NCBI GenBank assembly: GCA_038143065.1
Contig: JAYQLI010000035.1
Location: 1,472,894 to 1,536,893, forward strand
DNA: 64,000 bases
Direction: 5' to 3'
From: Rhodospirillales bacterium
GTDB lineage: Bacteria; Pseudomonadota; Alphaproteobacteria; Bin95
Shown here: positions 1-10,779 of the stretch, piece after piece
Layout of the letters: every line of letters starts with the position of its first letter
How positions within the stretch are numbered: the stretch's first letter is position 1
Translations under genes and position numbers: made by a program
The notes under the pieces: generated by a model
Databases searched by the model: none
What the model was told of the DNA's origin: nothing
Seen by the model: the letters and a program-made list of their open reading frames with translations, nothing else

Positions 1-2
1 GC

Positions 3-572
3 CTTAATTATCTAGACACCGGGCTTATTTACAGAGCAGTCGGAGCAATCGTTCTTGAAAAGGGGAAAGATCCATCTGATCCTTTATCTGCAACCAAGGC
101 GGCGCAGTCCCTTACAAACAATGACCTTGATCGCGATGATCTTCGAAGTGAAGCGTCAGCAGCCGCAGCCTCAAAGGTTGCGGCGATCCCCGGTGTGCGT
201 GCAGCACTACTAGCATTTCAGCAGCATTTTGCGGCGAGCCCTCCCGGCGCCGTTCTAGATGGACGTGATATTGGAACCGTAGTTTGCCCAAAAGCAGACA
301 TAAAGTTCTATTTGCTTGCCTCTGCAGAAATTCGTGCACGTAGACGGGTGAAAGAGTTGCAGGACCGGGGAGAAGAGGCTATATACGCGTCCGTTCTAAG
401 CGACCTTCGGGCGCGTGATGAACGGGACAGTGGCCGCAGTACTGCACCACTGAAGCCTGCGTCGGATGCTTTTGGCCTCGATACAGATAGTCTAAACGCT
501 GAGGCAGTGTTTAAGATTGCTGTTGAAACCATCGAAGAGCGATTTGCACCCAACAAGCGCAGCGGGTCCTAA
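3..572 (+). CDS. cmk: Cytidylate kinase (5' end outside window)
   Basis: Frame open from position 3: LNYLDTGLIYRAVG, then VLDGRDIGTVVCP and RDERDSGR. Lies directly upstream of rpsA, the usual arrangement. Confidence 0.95.
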   Translation, partial: LNYLDTGLIYRAVGAIVLEKGKDPSDPLSATKAAQSLTNNDLDRDDLRSEASAAAASKVAAIPGVRAALLAFQQHFAASPPGAVLDGRDIGTVVCPKADIKFYLLASAEIRARRRVKELQDRGEEAIYASVLSDLRARDERDSGRSTAPLKPASDAFGLDTDSLNAEAVFKIAVETIEERFAPNKRSGS

Positions 573-783
573 CAGCGTACTTTCCCGGTCGCTGTTTCGG
601 GCGCTACAGGAGGGCGCCAAGGATTAATTCTCGTTCGATAGCGTCCAGACGAGGCAAGCGCGGTTCAAAAATCAATCCAACCTTTCGCTCAATGGCGGGG
701 CCGAAGACGGCTGACTGTTTTATTGAGCGTACAACCCAAAGGCAAAGCGCTTGATTGCGCTCAGCCCGCACGAGATGAAAAAT

Positions 784-2505
784 ATGGCCGATACACAGAC
801 AGCGCCCACTAACAATGAAGACTTTGCTAGTTTACTCGAAGACTCTCTCACCGAGATGGATGGTTTCGAGGGAACAGTTCAGAAGGGCGTAGTTATCGCC
901 GTAGATCACGATAGTGTGCTCGTAGATGTTGGTTTAAAAGCCGAAGGTCGTGTTCCACTCAAAGAGTTTGGAGCACCTGGACAACCAGCCGAATTAAAAA
1001 TTGGTGACGTAGTAGACGTATACGTTGAGCGACTTGAAGACCGTAACGGCGAAGCTGTACTTTCGCGAGACAAGGCTCGCAGAGAAGAATCCTGGCAGCA
1101 ACTTGAGAATGCTTTCAACGGTACCGAGCGGGTCAAAGGAATCATCTTTGGCCGTGTCAAAGGTGGTTTCACCGTTGACTTGGCTGGTGCAGTCGCGTTC
1201 CTTCCTGGAAGCCAGGTTGATATCCGACCTGTACGTGATATTGGCCCTCTAATGGGTACACCACAACCATTCCAGATTTTAAAGATGGATAGGGCTAGAG
1301 GAAATATTGTTGTTTCCCGCCGCGCTGTTCTGGAAGAGAGCCGAGCAGAGGCCAGAACCGAACTGATATCAAATCTCGCAGAGGGACAAGTTCTGCAGGG
1401 CGTCGTCAAAAACATCACGGACTATGGTGCATTTATCGATCTAGGTGGTGTTGATGGTCTATTGCATGTCACTGACATCGCTTGGCGCCGCGTGAATCAT
1501 CCATCTGACGCACTGCAAATTGGTCAAAGTGTGACTGTGCAGGTAATTCGCTTCAACTCTGAAACTCAGCGTATTAGCCTCGGCATGAAACAGTTGGAAA
1601 CTGATCCGTGGGAAGGAGCACTGGCCAAGTACCCAATTGATGCTCAGTTCTCCGGAAGGGTGACCAACATCACAGACTATGGCGCCTTTGTTGAATTAGA
1701 GCCTGGCGTTGAAGGACTAGTGCACGTTTCTGAAATGAGTTGGACCAAGAAAAACGTGCATCCTGGAAAGATTGTCTCTACTAGCCAAGAAGTCGAGGTG
1801 CAGGTCTTAGAAGTAGACTCAGATAAACGCCGCATCAGCCTTGGAATCAAGCAAACTCAGCGCAACCCATGGGAGGTCTTCTTAGAGGGCCACCCCGTTG
1901 GCTCTGAAATTGAAGGCGAAGTGCGGAACATCACTGAGTTTGGTCTTTTCTTAGGCCTTCCTGGTGACATTGATGGTATGGTCCACTTATCAGATCTTGA
2001 TTGGGAACGCTCAGGCGATGAAGCAATCAAAGATTATGAGCGTGGGCAAACTCTCAAGGCACAGGTGCTAGATGTTGATCCAGAGAAAGAGCGTATCAGC
2101 CTTGGTATTAAGCAGCTAGTTGAAGATCCATTTGAAGCAGCCCTGGGTGAAGGTGAACAAATGCGTCGTGGCGCAGTAGTCACTGGCACCATCTCATCTG
2201 TCACTGAAAATGGTTTAGAGCTGGATCTTGGCAACGAGCTGACTGGATTTATTCGTAAATCAGATCTGGCTCGCCAGCGGAGTGAACAGCGGACTGACCG
2301 TTTTGCCGTAGGTGAGCGGATAGACGCAATGGTAATGCAGATCGATCGCAATAATCGCCGGATCACCATGTCAATTAAGGCGAGTGAGATCGCGGATGAA
2401 AAGGAGGCTATGGCACAATTTGGTTCATCCGACTCAGGTGCCAGCCTTGGTGACATCCTGGGCGCAGCGTTGCGGAACCGACAACAAGAAGAGGATGAAG
2501 CATAA
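784..2505 (+). CDS. rpsA: 30S ribosomal protein S1
   Basis: Six S1 repeats (e.g. VKNITDYGAFIDLGGVDGLLHVTD; ITDYGAFVELEPGVEGLVHVSEM). Likely start is ATG 784 (MADTQ), not TTG 751. Confidence 0.98.
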   Translation: MADTQTAPTNNEDFASLLEDSLTEMDGFEGTVQKGVVIAVDHDSVLVDVGLKAEGRVPLKEFGAPGQPAELKIGDVVDVYVERLEDRNGEAVLSRDKARREESWQQLENAFNGTERVKGIIFGRVKGGFTVDLAGAVAFLPGSQVDIRPVRDIGPLMGTPQPFQILKMDRARGNIVVSRRAVLEESRAEARTELISNLAEGQVLQGVVKNITDYGAFIDLGGVDGLLHVTDIAWRRVNHPSDALQIGQSVTVQVIRFNSETQRISLGMKQLETDPWEGALAKYPIDAQFSGRVTNITDYGAFVELEPGVEGLVHVSEMSWTKKNVHPGKIVSTSQEVEVQVLEVDSDKRRISLGIKQTQRNPWEVFLEGHPVGSEIEGEVRNITEFGLFLGLPGDIDGMVHLSDLDWERSGDEAIKDYERGQTLKAQVLDVDPEKERISLGIKQLVEDPFEAALGEGEQMRRGAVVTGTISSVTENGLELDLGNELTGFIRKSDLARQRSEQRTDRFAVGERIDAMVMQIDRNNRRITMSIKASEIADEKEAMAQFGSSDSGASLGDILGAALRNRQQEEDEA

Positions 2506-2548
2506 TCAGCTTCTAATCTTTTGAAGATTAGTCTTATAACCATGGTTT

Positions 2549-2586
2549 ATTATCGGCCAGCACCTAAGCTGGCCGATAATTTTTTA
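2549..2586 (+). terminator. Intrinsic terminator after rpsA
   Basis: 13-bp perfect stem ATTATCGGCCAGC/GCTGGCCGATAAT, loop ACCTAA, followed by a T-run. Confidence 0.85.
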
Positions 2587-2737
2587 TAAACATACTCTGC
2601 CGCGTACATTTAAATAACTTAGATGGCCTCCAATTTTCGCTATATTCTGCTGGGTAATTCTCAAAATTAAAAAATATTGTGGCTTTCGGTATGCTTGAGC
2701 TAAACTTCATAAAGCAAAAGACCTGGAGGCGTCCTTT

Positions 2738-3028
2738 ATGACCCGCTCACAGCTGATCGCTCGTCTCACAGAGCGCAATCCTCATTTAACTAGTCACGAC
2801 ATTGAAAAAGTGGTTAACACCGTTTTTGATGAAATTTCCGATGCCTTATCTCGTGGAGATCGCGTAGAGCTCAGAGGATTTGGTGCTTTTTCAGTTAAGC
2901 TCCGAGAATCTCGAATGGGTCGCAATCCCAGGACCGGTGAAGCAGTCGATGTTGATAGTAAAAACACGCCTTACTTCAAAACAGGTAAAGAATTACGAGA
3001 CCGTCTAAATCCAAGTAATACTGAATGA
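2738..3028 (+). CDS. ihfB: Integration host factor beta subunit
   Basis: MTRSQLI...[10 protein letters not shown]...GRNPRTGE...[14 protein letters not shown], downstream of rpsA. Confidence 0.95.
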   Translation: MTRSQLIARLTERNPHLTSHDIEKVVNTVFDEISDALSRGDRVELRGFGAFSVKLRESRMGRNPRTGEAVDVDSKNTPYFKTGKELRDRLNPSNTE

Positions 3029-3259
3029 AGCGTTTTTAGACCAAATTTACAGTAACTCTGTTGTCATATCACTGACCTTGGTGGTTAGAAAATCGGTGTT
3101 GAGCAATTATGAGATGATCGCCTCTTCGTTCTGAGACACATTCCTTTCAAAATTTAAGAAAAACTGGCTAATTTTTTTTCGACATTAGCTGCCACACCAT
3201 AGCAATTAGCTGTAACTGCAAGTAACTTTTGCCAAGCAATCTCAAAGGGTAGGAAGATA

Positions 3260-5634
3260 GTGGGGAACCAAAGTCCACCGAGACCAAATGGTATTGGTGT
3301 ATCTGTGAAGCGCGTCGAAGACTTACGATTGACTAGAGGTTGTGGTCTCTATGCAAGCGACGTCAAACTTGAGTCTATGGCGTATGCCGCTTTTCTTCGA
3401 TCACCCCACCCACACGCAAGAATTGTTGAAATAGACACATCCATTGCTGCATCTATGCCAAACGTCTTGGGTGTCCTCACCGGAGCAGATGCCATCAATG
3501 ATGGAATGAAACCCATTCCCCACAATCCTGATTGGCAAGGCCCACCTGATGCTGAACTCAGACTGCCGTTAGGATTTGACGTTTTTACGTCTGAAAATAT
3601 GCCTATGCCGCCTAACATTGTGCGTTATGTTGGCGAACCCATAGCAATGACAGTCGCTAAAACTGCTGCTGAGGCCCAGGATGCCATAGAGGCCATAGAA
3701 GTTACCTTTGAAGTTCTTCCAGCCTACACGGATTCAAAGAATCCACTGCACCTGGTGCGTATGAAATTTGGCCAGGCTGTGCCGGAAATATTGCTCTGCA
3801 AGCGGAAGTAGGCAGTGCTGCGGATGCGTCAGATGCTTTTAATAAAGCAGCTCATGTTGTTCGATTAGAAACATGGATTAATCGGATCAATGGCGTGCCT
3901 ATGGAGCCACGGACCGTCGTTGGTAACTATAGTCAAACAGAAGATTCCTATACTCTTTATGCAGCATCTGGGAGAGGCGCGGTACAAACAAGGGAACGAC
4001 TTGCTACTGTACTGGGCGTACCTCTCACAAAATGTCGTGCTGTTTTTGGTGATATGGGAGGAAACTTCGGAACGCGCAATGCGTTCTCTCCAGAATTTGC
4101 TTTAGTCCCATGGGCAGCCAGACGGGTTGGTTGTCCAGTAAAATGGGTAGGGACACGAAGCGAGTGCTTTCTATCTGATTATCAGGGGAGAGATCTCCGT
4201 TCTACTGCAGAACTTGCCCTATCGGCAGACGGAAAGTTTTTGGGCCTTCGGGGCCACAATACAATGAACCTTGGAGCTTATTCAGTTTATTTCTGGCCTC
4301 TGCGCAAGGGATTATCGATGATGCAGGGAGTATACAACATCCCTGCCATTCATTTCCGCGGAGAAGCCGTTTTCACCAATTTGCCTCCGACGGCTGTTTA
4401 TCGAAGTGCAGGTCGACCTGAAGCAATTTTCATTGTGGAACGGCTAATCGATATGGCCGCAGAGGAAATGGATTTTGACCCAGTAGAACTTCGTTCTCGC
4501 AATCTAATCCAACCCCAATCCATGCCTTTCACCACACCCGTTGGTGTGACATACGACAGCGGCGATTATCCAGCCTCCATGAAGGAAGTTTTAGAGGCTG
4601 CTAACTGGATAACCTTTCCAGAGAGAAGAGCCCAATCCGAAACCTCAGGAAAGAAACGCGGAATAGCGATTGCTAATTACATTGAAGTCACCAGTGGCAT
4701 TCCACGCGAGCGTGTTGAACTGAGGGTTGCCCAAGATGGAATGGTTGAATTCGTTGTAGGAACCATGTCGAGTGGCCAAAGTCATGAGACCACCTTCCCT
4801 CAAGTTGCTAGCGAGTGGCTGGGAGTACCATTCGATAAAATTCGTTTTATCGCAAATGACACCGCAAGAGTAAGTGTTGGCGGAGGTTCTCACTCTGGAC
4901 GTTCTATGCGACTTGTGACAATTGCATTAAATCAAGCCATTGAAGCACTTATAGCTCGCGGCAAGGCTATTTTTGCTCATATAACTAATGTTCCCGACAA
5001 CGAGATTTCTTATGAAGAGGGATCCTTCGTGGGGCCAAGCGGGCAAAGTATGGATCTTTGGCAGGTCAGGGATGCCGCTGAAACTTTAAATAGTCTGCCT
5101 AGTAACCTCAAAGGACATTTCGAGGGTATAGGAGATATTGTAAATCGCGTTGGCGGATATCCCTATGGCTCACATGTCTGCGAGGTTGAGGTTGACCCTG
5201 AGACCGGTGTTGTTGAAATCCTTAAGTGGACTGGAGTTGACGATGTCGGTAACGCAATTAATCCAATGGTATTACATGGACAGGCTCACGGTGCTATTGC
5301 CCAAGGGTTGGGCCAGGCACTTTTTGAACATTGCAAATATGATGATCAAACAGGCCAACTGCTTGCAGGCTCCTTCATGGACTACGCTGTTCCGCGGGCG
5401 GATGTAACCCCGCCTATGCATACATTAATTTCAGAAATTCCAGCTAGCTCACATCCTTTTGGAATTCGGCCCGGAGGTGAAGGTGGAACAACACCAGCAC
5501 TAGCGGTTGTGATATCTGCAATAGTAGACGCTTTGAAAGATTATGGCGTTAAACACATAGAGATGCCTGCAACGCCAGAACGCGTCTGGCAGGCTATAAA
5601 ACATGCATCAGAGAGCGATCAAAAAACGATCTAA
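3260..5634 (+). CDS. Xanthine dehydrogenase-family molybdopterin-binding large subunit (CoxL form II-like), with a frameshift near 3737
   Basis: N-terminal VKRVEDLRLTRG and RSPHPHARI. Restoring one A at about 3737 joins ORF 3260 to ORF 3895 (EIWPGCAGNIAL...GVPMEPR). Motifs GGNFG, AVYRSAGRPEA, SSGQSHET, GQAHG and PGGEGG. Confidence 0.9.
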
Positions 5635-5684
5635 AGTAATTTAACAGAAATTATAATTGCGTTTTTTAATAGTCGAAGGACCAA

Positions 5685-7730
5685 ATGATCAGAATAGGTA
5701 TTGATGTTGGTGGAACATTTACTGACCTGACGTTACTGCAGGGTGCCAACGCCATCCACCACAAGACGCCTTCAACGCCAAAGGAACCCGCACGCGCTAT
5801 TGAAACCGGTTTACGTGAAATTCTAAAACTTGCCTCTGTTACTCCTGATCAAGTCAATTGGATCGGTCATGGAACGACTGTCGCCACTAACATGGCTATC
5901 GAGAGGAATGGTGCCAAAACGGCATTAGTAACGACCAAGGGCTTTCGTGATGTCTTAGAAATTGCAAGACAAACACGCCCCAATCTCTACGACTACCGCG
6001 TCACTCGCCCACCTGCTCTAGCTCCCCGGCGGAATCGAGTAGAGGTTACAGAACGCCTTGACCAGGAAGGTTCTATCCTAATCCCTCTGGATACAAAGTC
6101 TGTAACAGATGCTGGTAAAAACTTTTTAGATGCGGGGATAGAAGCGATAGCTGTTGTTTTCCTCCACAGTTATCGAAACCCAATCCATGAACAGCAAGCC
6201 GAAGAAATATTGAAATCTTTACTTCCGAAGGCGTTTGTTAGTTGTTCCATCAAGGTTTCACCTGAGTTTCGCGAATTCGAAAGAACATCAACAACGGTCC
6301 TAAATGCATTTGTTGGCCCAAAAATGGCAACATATTTTGGAGACCTCCGAAATCGTGTTATCAAACTTGGCATTACAGCTGAGCCATACATAGTTCACTC
6401 CGGCGGCGGTCTCATGACACTTGAAACAGCCGAGCAAATACCAGTGAGCACTTGCCTTTCTGGTCCATCGGCAGGGGTGGCAGCCGCTGCAGCAATAGCT
6501 CTCAAAGCCGGGTTTCCAAATGTTGCAACTTTTGATGTTGGCGGCACATCAACCGATATTGGTCTCATCATTAATGGTGAAATTCGTATTTCCGCCGAAC
6601 GTGATGTAGCAGGTTATCCAGTAAGAACACCCAGCCTTGATATTTCAGTCATAGGAGCAGGAGGTGGTTCACTAGCAGTGGTTGACGTGGCGGGGGGATT
6701 GTCCGTTGGCCCACAAAGTGCCGGAGCAATCCCAGGCCCGGCAGCTTATGGAAATGGCGGCAAAGAAGCGACATTAACAGATGCTAACCTAATTCTCGGG
6801 AGACTAGATGCAAATACTGGCTTAGTTGATGGCTCTACAAAACTTGATTTAAGGGCAGCTGAAAACGCTATGACCGAGCAAGTAGCAAAACCTTTGCAGA
6901 TTACGCTGGAGAGAGCTGCTGCTGGAGTTTTGTCTGTAGCTGTAGCAAACATCGCTAGGGCTATACGTTCCGCATCATCAGAGCGAGGCCATGACCTTCG
7001 AGACATGGCTCTAATTGCATATGGCGGTGCAGGACCTCTCGTCGCCGCTGATGTCGCTCTTGAATCTGGATGTCCAGTAGTAATCGTTCCACCAGCTCCT
7101 GGCACATTATGCGCTCGTGGGATCCTGATGTCGGATCCCACAACTAGTTTTGTGGAAACAATTCTACGGTCAGCTGATGCTGAAGGCTGGCAGGTGGCGA
7201 AAGATGCATTCGGGCGGATGGATTCTTTAGGGGTTATTTGGCTAAATAAACAAACATCAGACCACACACGGCATCAAAAAAAATGGATTATTGAAGCGCG
7301 CTATCTAGGGCAAGGCTTCGAAGCGGCGACCGTGCTATTTCCTCACGATACATTATCAAGTTATACTGAACGCTTTCACCAAACCCACACGCAAGAGCAC
7401 GGTTATGATATACGCTCCCGGCAAATCGAGATCGTTAATTGCCGTTTAACCGCAACAGCTACTGGCTTCAAAACAGGACCTAACGCTGTGCTCCGCTCCA
7501 GCACAAAAATCCAGTCAATAGGAACACGGAAGGTGTGTTTCGACGGCAAAACTCTTATTGAGACTAGTATTTATGACCGATCATCCACTGGGCCAGGTCA
7601 TAAGATTTCTGGACCAGCAATCATAATAGAAAAGACAGCAACAACTGTCTTACCAGCAGATTGGGCTGCTATTGTGGATGATTATGGCAACCTTATCCTG
7701 CGCATAACCAACAGAGATAATTCAGTCTAA
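5685..7730 (+). CDS. Hydantoinase/oxoprolinase A subunit (ATP-dependent lactamase family)
   Basis: RIGIDVGGTFTD, HGTTVATN, SGP, DVGGTSTD, GAGGGS and VGPQSAGAIPGPAAYG motifs. Confidence 0.92.
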   Translation: MIRIGIDVGGTFTDLTLLQGANAIHHKTPSTPKEPARAIETGLREILKLASVTPDQVNWIGHGTTVATNMAIERNGAKTALVTTKGFRDVLEIARQTRPNLYDYRVTRPPALAPRRNRVEVTERLDQEGSILIPLDTKSVTDAGKNFLDAGIEAIAVVFLHSYRNPIHEQQAEEILKSLLPKAFVSCSIKVSPEFREFERTSTTVLNAFVGPKMATYFGDLRNRVIKLGITAEPYIVHSGGGLMTLETAEQIPVSTCLSGPSAGVAAAAAIALKAGFPNVATFDVGGTSTDIGLIINGEIRISAERDVAGYPVRTPSLDISVIGAGGGSLAVVDVAGGLSVGPQSAGAIPGPAAYGNGGKEATLTDANLILGRLDANTGLVDGSTKLDLRAAENAMTEQVAKPLQITLERAAAGVLSVAVANIARAIRSASSERGHDLRDMALIAYGGAGPLVAADVALESGCPVVIVPPAPGTLCARGILMSDPTTSFVETILRSADAEGWQVAKDAFGRMDSLGVIWLNKQTSDHTRHQKKWIIEARYLGQGFEAATVLFPHDTLSSYTERFHQTHTQEHGYDIRSRQIEIVNCRLTATATGFKTGPNAVLRSSTKIQSIGTRKVCFDGKTLIETSIYDRSSTGPGHKISGPAIIIEKTATTVLPADWAAIVDDYGNLILRITNRDNSV

Positions 7731-8309
7731 ATCCCCCGCCAAAGCGTTCCGGGTTGGCTCTGACATAACTGCCATGTGGGAATAGTTTTCATGATCTATT
7801 CCTACAATCACTCGGGCACCTGAATTCTTCAGCACATCTGCCTGAGCATCTGACAATGGAAAGTGAACGAATTGCACACTGGAGGCCTTTCCATCCGCCG
7901 CAGTGCGGTCAACATCCTCTTCAGCCTTACCACTCACTCGCTCGCCGTTAACCTCAAGGTACATGTTCTCTTCGACACCACCCATGCGACTTAGAACGGT
8001 CTTGCGTCGCAACGGGTCATCAATTTCAAACATCACTGTTGCAATTAGCTCTCTACCCTGCGGTATGAGTGGGTTATATGCTTCAAGTTCATCCGGAACT
8101 TGTTCAGCGCCGCCTTTTTCAATGGCGAGCATCTCGTGGACTTGGTGCCACATGGTTTCGTAACTCTCAAAATAAAAAGTCGCAAAAGGTCCAACCTCTA
8201 CCCGTCGATCTTTTTTTATGAGTGACATCTCTCTCCGCTTATCCTTTCTAATTGAAAGATAAGCTTCAAGATCCATGATGTCGTCTGGATTTATTTGGCG
8301 ATTTGACAT
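7722..8309 (-). CDS. DUF3501 family protein (rubrerythrin-associated)
   Basis: RRVEVGP...FES.ET...QVHEML.IE...EL.AYNPLIP...SSVQFVHF pattern. Third gene of the rbr-FeS oxidoreductase-DUF3501 cluster. Confidence 0.85.
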   Translation of the reverse strand: MSNRQINPDDIMDLEAYLSIRKDKRREMSLIKKDRRVEVGPFATFYFESYETMWHQVHEMLAIEKGGAEQVPDELEAYNPLIPQGRELIATVMFEIDDPLRRKTVLSRMGGVEENMYLEVNGERVSGKAEEDVDRTAADGKASSVQFVHFPLSDAQADVLKNSGARVIVGIDHENYSHMAVMSEPTRNALAGDLD

Positions 8310-8326
8310 AGCTTCGTTCGATCCTC

Positions 8327-9692
8327 TTAGTATTTAAGACCGTATGCTTCGGCGAATAATTTAATTGGATGTGGGGCTTCAGATATTTTTGCCTCTGGGT
8401 CCTCGCGCTCTATTCCCTGCACGATGTGATGGCCCGCCAAAGGACACTCTGAAGCAATAAATCTTGTCTTGCCTTTTGCAGCTGCGTCGTTGATTGCCTT
8501 AGCGGCTTGACGAGCTACCGGTTTACCAACCTTCAGTGCAACTTCGAAATTTTCCTTCATTGCACCCCAAGATCCACCATGACCCGAACAGCGCTCAATA
8601 ATTGCGACCCGTGTATCTGGAATGAGACGCAACATCTCGGCCGCTTTTGGCCCCATGTTCTGAGCACGTGCGTGACAGGCGAGATGCACTGTTATGTCTC
8701 CGTCTAAAGGACCGAGACCTTCAGCGAGCCCCTCTTTCTTGGCAATATCTACGACATACTCAGCGACATCATGGGTTGCATTTGCAAGACGCTTTACATT
8801 TTCATCATCCGGTACCAGCAATGGCCACTCGAATTTCAGCATCAAGGCACAAGATGGAACCAAAGCGATAACGTCGTAACCATCATCCACCCATTTCATC
8901 ATTTCAGCAGCAACAGACCGTGCGCGCTCAGCAACACGTTCTACATTCCCCTGCTCCATTTGTGGCATTCCACAACAGCCTGCATAAGTAACCTCGGTCT
9001 GCACACCGTTCTTAGCCAACACGGCTCTTGCAGCTAAGACCTAAATCGGGTTCGTTGTAGTTACCAAAACATGTGGCATAGATAACGGCCTTACGCCCAG
9101 AAGCAGGCGCTGCCGCATTAAGCTGAGCGGGGTTTTCTGCTGCCTTTTTAACAAGTGTTTGTCCTGCAAATTTTGGCAGGGCTGCATCACGATGCACATG
9201 GACAGTCTTTTCCATGATTGGCCTAGTGATTTTATTGCTTGTATCACTGGCCCAGTTAGCAACTCCAGACACCAGACTGCCAAGACGACCATTCCGATCA
9301 GTCTCTGTTAGCTGAGACTCTACCTTGCTTCGACGACCTTGCTTAAATTCCATATGCCTGTAACGCAGCATAAGGTGCGGGAAATCTAAATCAAATTCGT
9401 GAGGCGGTACGTACGGACACTTTGTCATGAAGCAGAGATCACAAAGGGTGCAGGCGTCCACAACTCCTTTAAAATCCGAACTATCGACAGTGTCTAACTC
9501 TTCCGACGGGGCCGCATCAATCAAATCAAAGAGACGTGGGAAACTATCGCACAGGTTGAAACAGCGGCGACACCCATGGCAGATGTCAAAGATGCGACGC
9601 ATCTCTTCATCCAACTTTGCTGGATCAGTAAAATCCGGATGATTGAAATCAATCGGGTGCCGGATTGGAGCTCCTAAGCTTCCTTCGCTCAT
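8327..9692 (-). CDS. Rubrerythrin-associated Fe-S oxidoreductase (GlpC/HdrD-like CCG domains), with a frameshift near 9039
   Basis: CHGCRRCFNLC and CTLCDLC...CP ferredoxin motifs, then CCGMP, PSC, CH, CSGHGG and SECP. The two ORFs join at DLG|LAARAVLAKNG. Start MSEGSLGAP at 9692. Confidence 0.88.
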
Positions 9693-9726
9693 CGGTGAGT
9701 TTCCCAAATATTTGTATTTAGTAGAG

Positions 9727-9759
9727 GAAATTGGGGGCACTCAAGTTGTGCTCCCCCAA
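9727..9759 (-). terminator. Stem-loop between rbr and the Fe-S oxidoreductase gene (possible leaky terminator or stabiliser)
   Basis: Minus strand TTGGGGGAGCAC-AACTTGA-GTGCCCCCAA followed by a short TTT. Confidence 0.55.
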
Positions 9760-9775
9760 ACCCCACGACTAAAGT

Positions 9776-10192
9776 TTAGCCGAGATCGTCTAACGCCTTT
9801 TGGAAACGTCCAGCATGGCTACGTTCAGCCTTTGCTAGGGTTTCAAACCAGTCAGCGATCTCGTCAAAGCCCTCTTCACGGGCTGTACGAGCCATACCAG
9901 GGTACATATCGGTGTACTCATGGGTTTCACCAGCAACAGAGGCCTTTAAGTTATCTTCTGTTGCACCCATGGCCAGACCAGTTGCAGGGTCCCCTACCTC
10001 TTCAAGATACTCAAGGTGACCATGCGCATGGCCAGTTTCGCCTTCAGCAGTTGAACGGAAAACAGCTGCTACGTCGTTATAGCCTTCGATATCTGCCTTT
10101 TGTGCAAAATACAGATATCTGCGGTTAGCCTGGCTTTCACCAGCAAACGCTTCCTTTAGATTGTCTTCAGTTTTACTTCCTTTGAGCGACAT
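9776..10192 (-). CDS. rbr: Rubrerythrin, short aerobic type without a rubredoxin domain
   Basis: [30 protein letters not shown] and AERSHA diiron motifs. No C-terminal CxxC pairs. RBS GAGGGAG before ATG 10192. Confidence 0.93.
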   Translation of the reverse strand: MSLKGSKTEDNLKEAFAGESQANRRYLYFAQKADIEGYNDVAAVFRSTAEGETGHAHGHLEYLEEVGDPATGLAMGATEDNLKASVAGETHEYTDMYPGMARTAREEGFDEIADWFETLAKAERSHAGRFQKALDDLG

Positions 10193-10306
10193 CGACTTCT
10201 CCCTCAAACCTGTTTGTTTTAACGACCCGCTAGTTCCAGCAGATCTATCGACACCATTGTCGACCTACCACCAGTAAGTGGTAGGCAAAAGGGTGGAAGT
10301 CAATGC

Positions 10307-10323
10307 ATTAGAAGCATTCTAAA
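10307..10323 (-). promoter_or_regulatory. Irr iron control element (ICE) upstream of rbr
   Basis: Minus strand TTTAGAA-TGC-TTCTAAT, one mismatch from the ICE consensus TTTAGAA-N3-TTCTAAA. It lies 3 nt upstream of a TTGACT -35-like hexamer (10303-10298). Confidence 0.8.
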
Positions 10324-10356
10324 TTAACATTTTTTGCTTATAGAAGTTTTTAAACT

Positions 10357-10779
10357 TTAATTACGCGTCAACCTCACGACCACATCTACTCTCTCTATTT
10401 TAGAACCTGCAGGTGCATTCGGCAGATCATCGATTGATATGGATCCGGGGGGCAAATCTTCTAGTCGATTTTCATCAACGTGAAAGAAATGGTGATGGTG
10501 AGAAACGTCGGTATCAAAATATGTACGCTCGGGACCTGCCAAGACCTCGCGGAGTAGACCAACATCAACAAATTGTCGAAGGGTATTATATACGGTCGCT
10601 AGTGATACCGGCACACCCGATTCAGAGGCTTCTGCAAAAAGCTCGTCTGCAGTGACATGTCTTGCACAGCCACTAAATAATAACCTGGCGAGCCCTATCC
10701 TCTGCCGTGTTGGCTTAAGACCAACCGCACGGATTTTTAGTTCTATGTTCTTATCAGCAATGACCATTTTATTGCCCAT
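10357..10779 (-). CDS. irr: Fur-family iron response regulator Irr
   Basis: GLKPTRQR, RHVTADEL, VSLATVYNTLRQF, TYFDT..HHHHFF and C-terminal RVDVVVRL. No Fur CxxC zinc sites. Confidence 0.85.
   Translation of the reverse strand: MGNKMVIADKNIELKIRAVGLKPTRQRIGLARLLFSGCARHVTADELFAEASESGVPVSLATVYNTLRQFVDVGLLREVLAGPERTYFDTDVSHHHHFFHVDENRLEDLPPGSISIDDLPNAPAGSKIERVDVVVRLTRN

Noticed and set aside
3260-5634. Aerobic CO dehydrogenase (coxL form I)
   Set aside because: It lacks the AYRCSFR Cu-binding motif and has no coxM, coxS or accessory cox genes.
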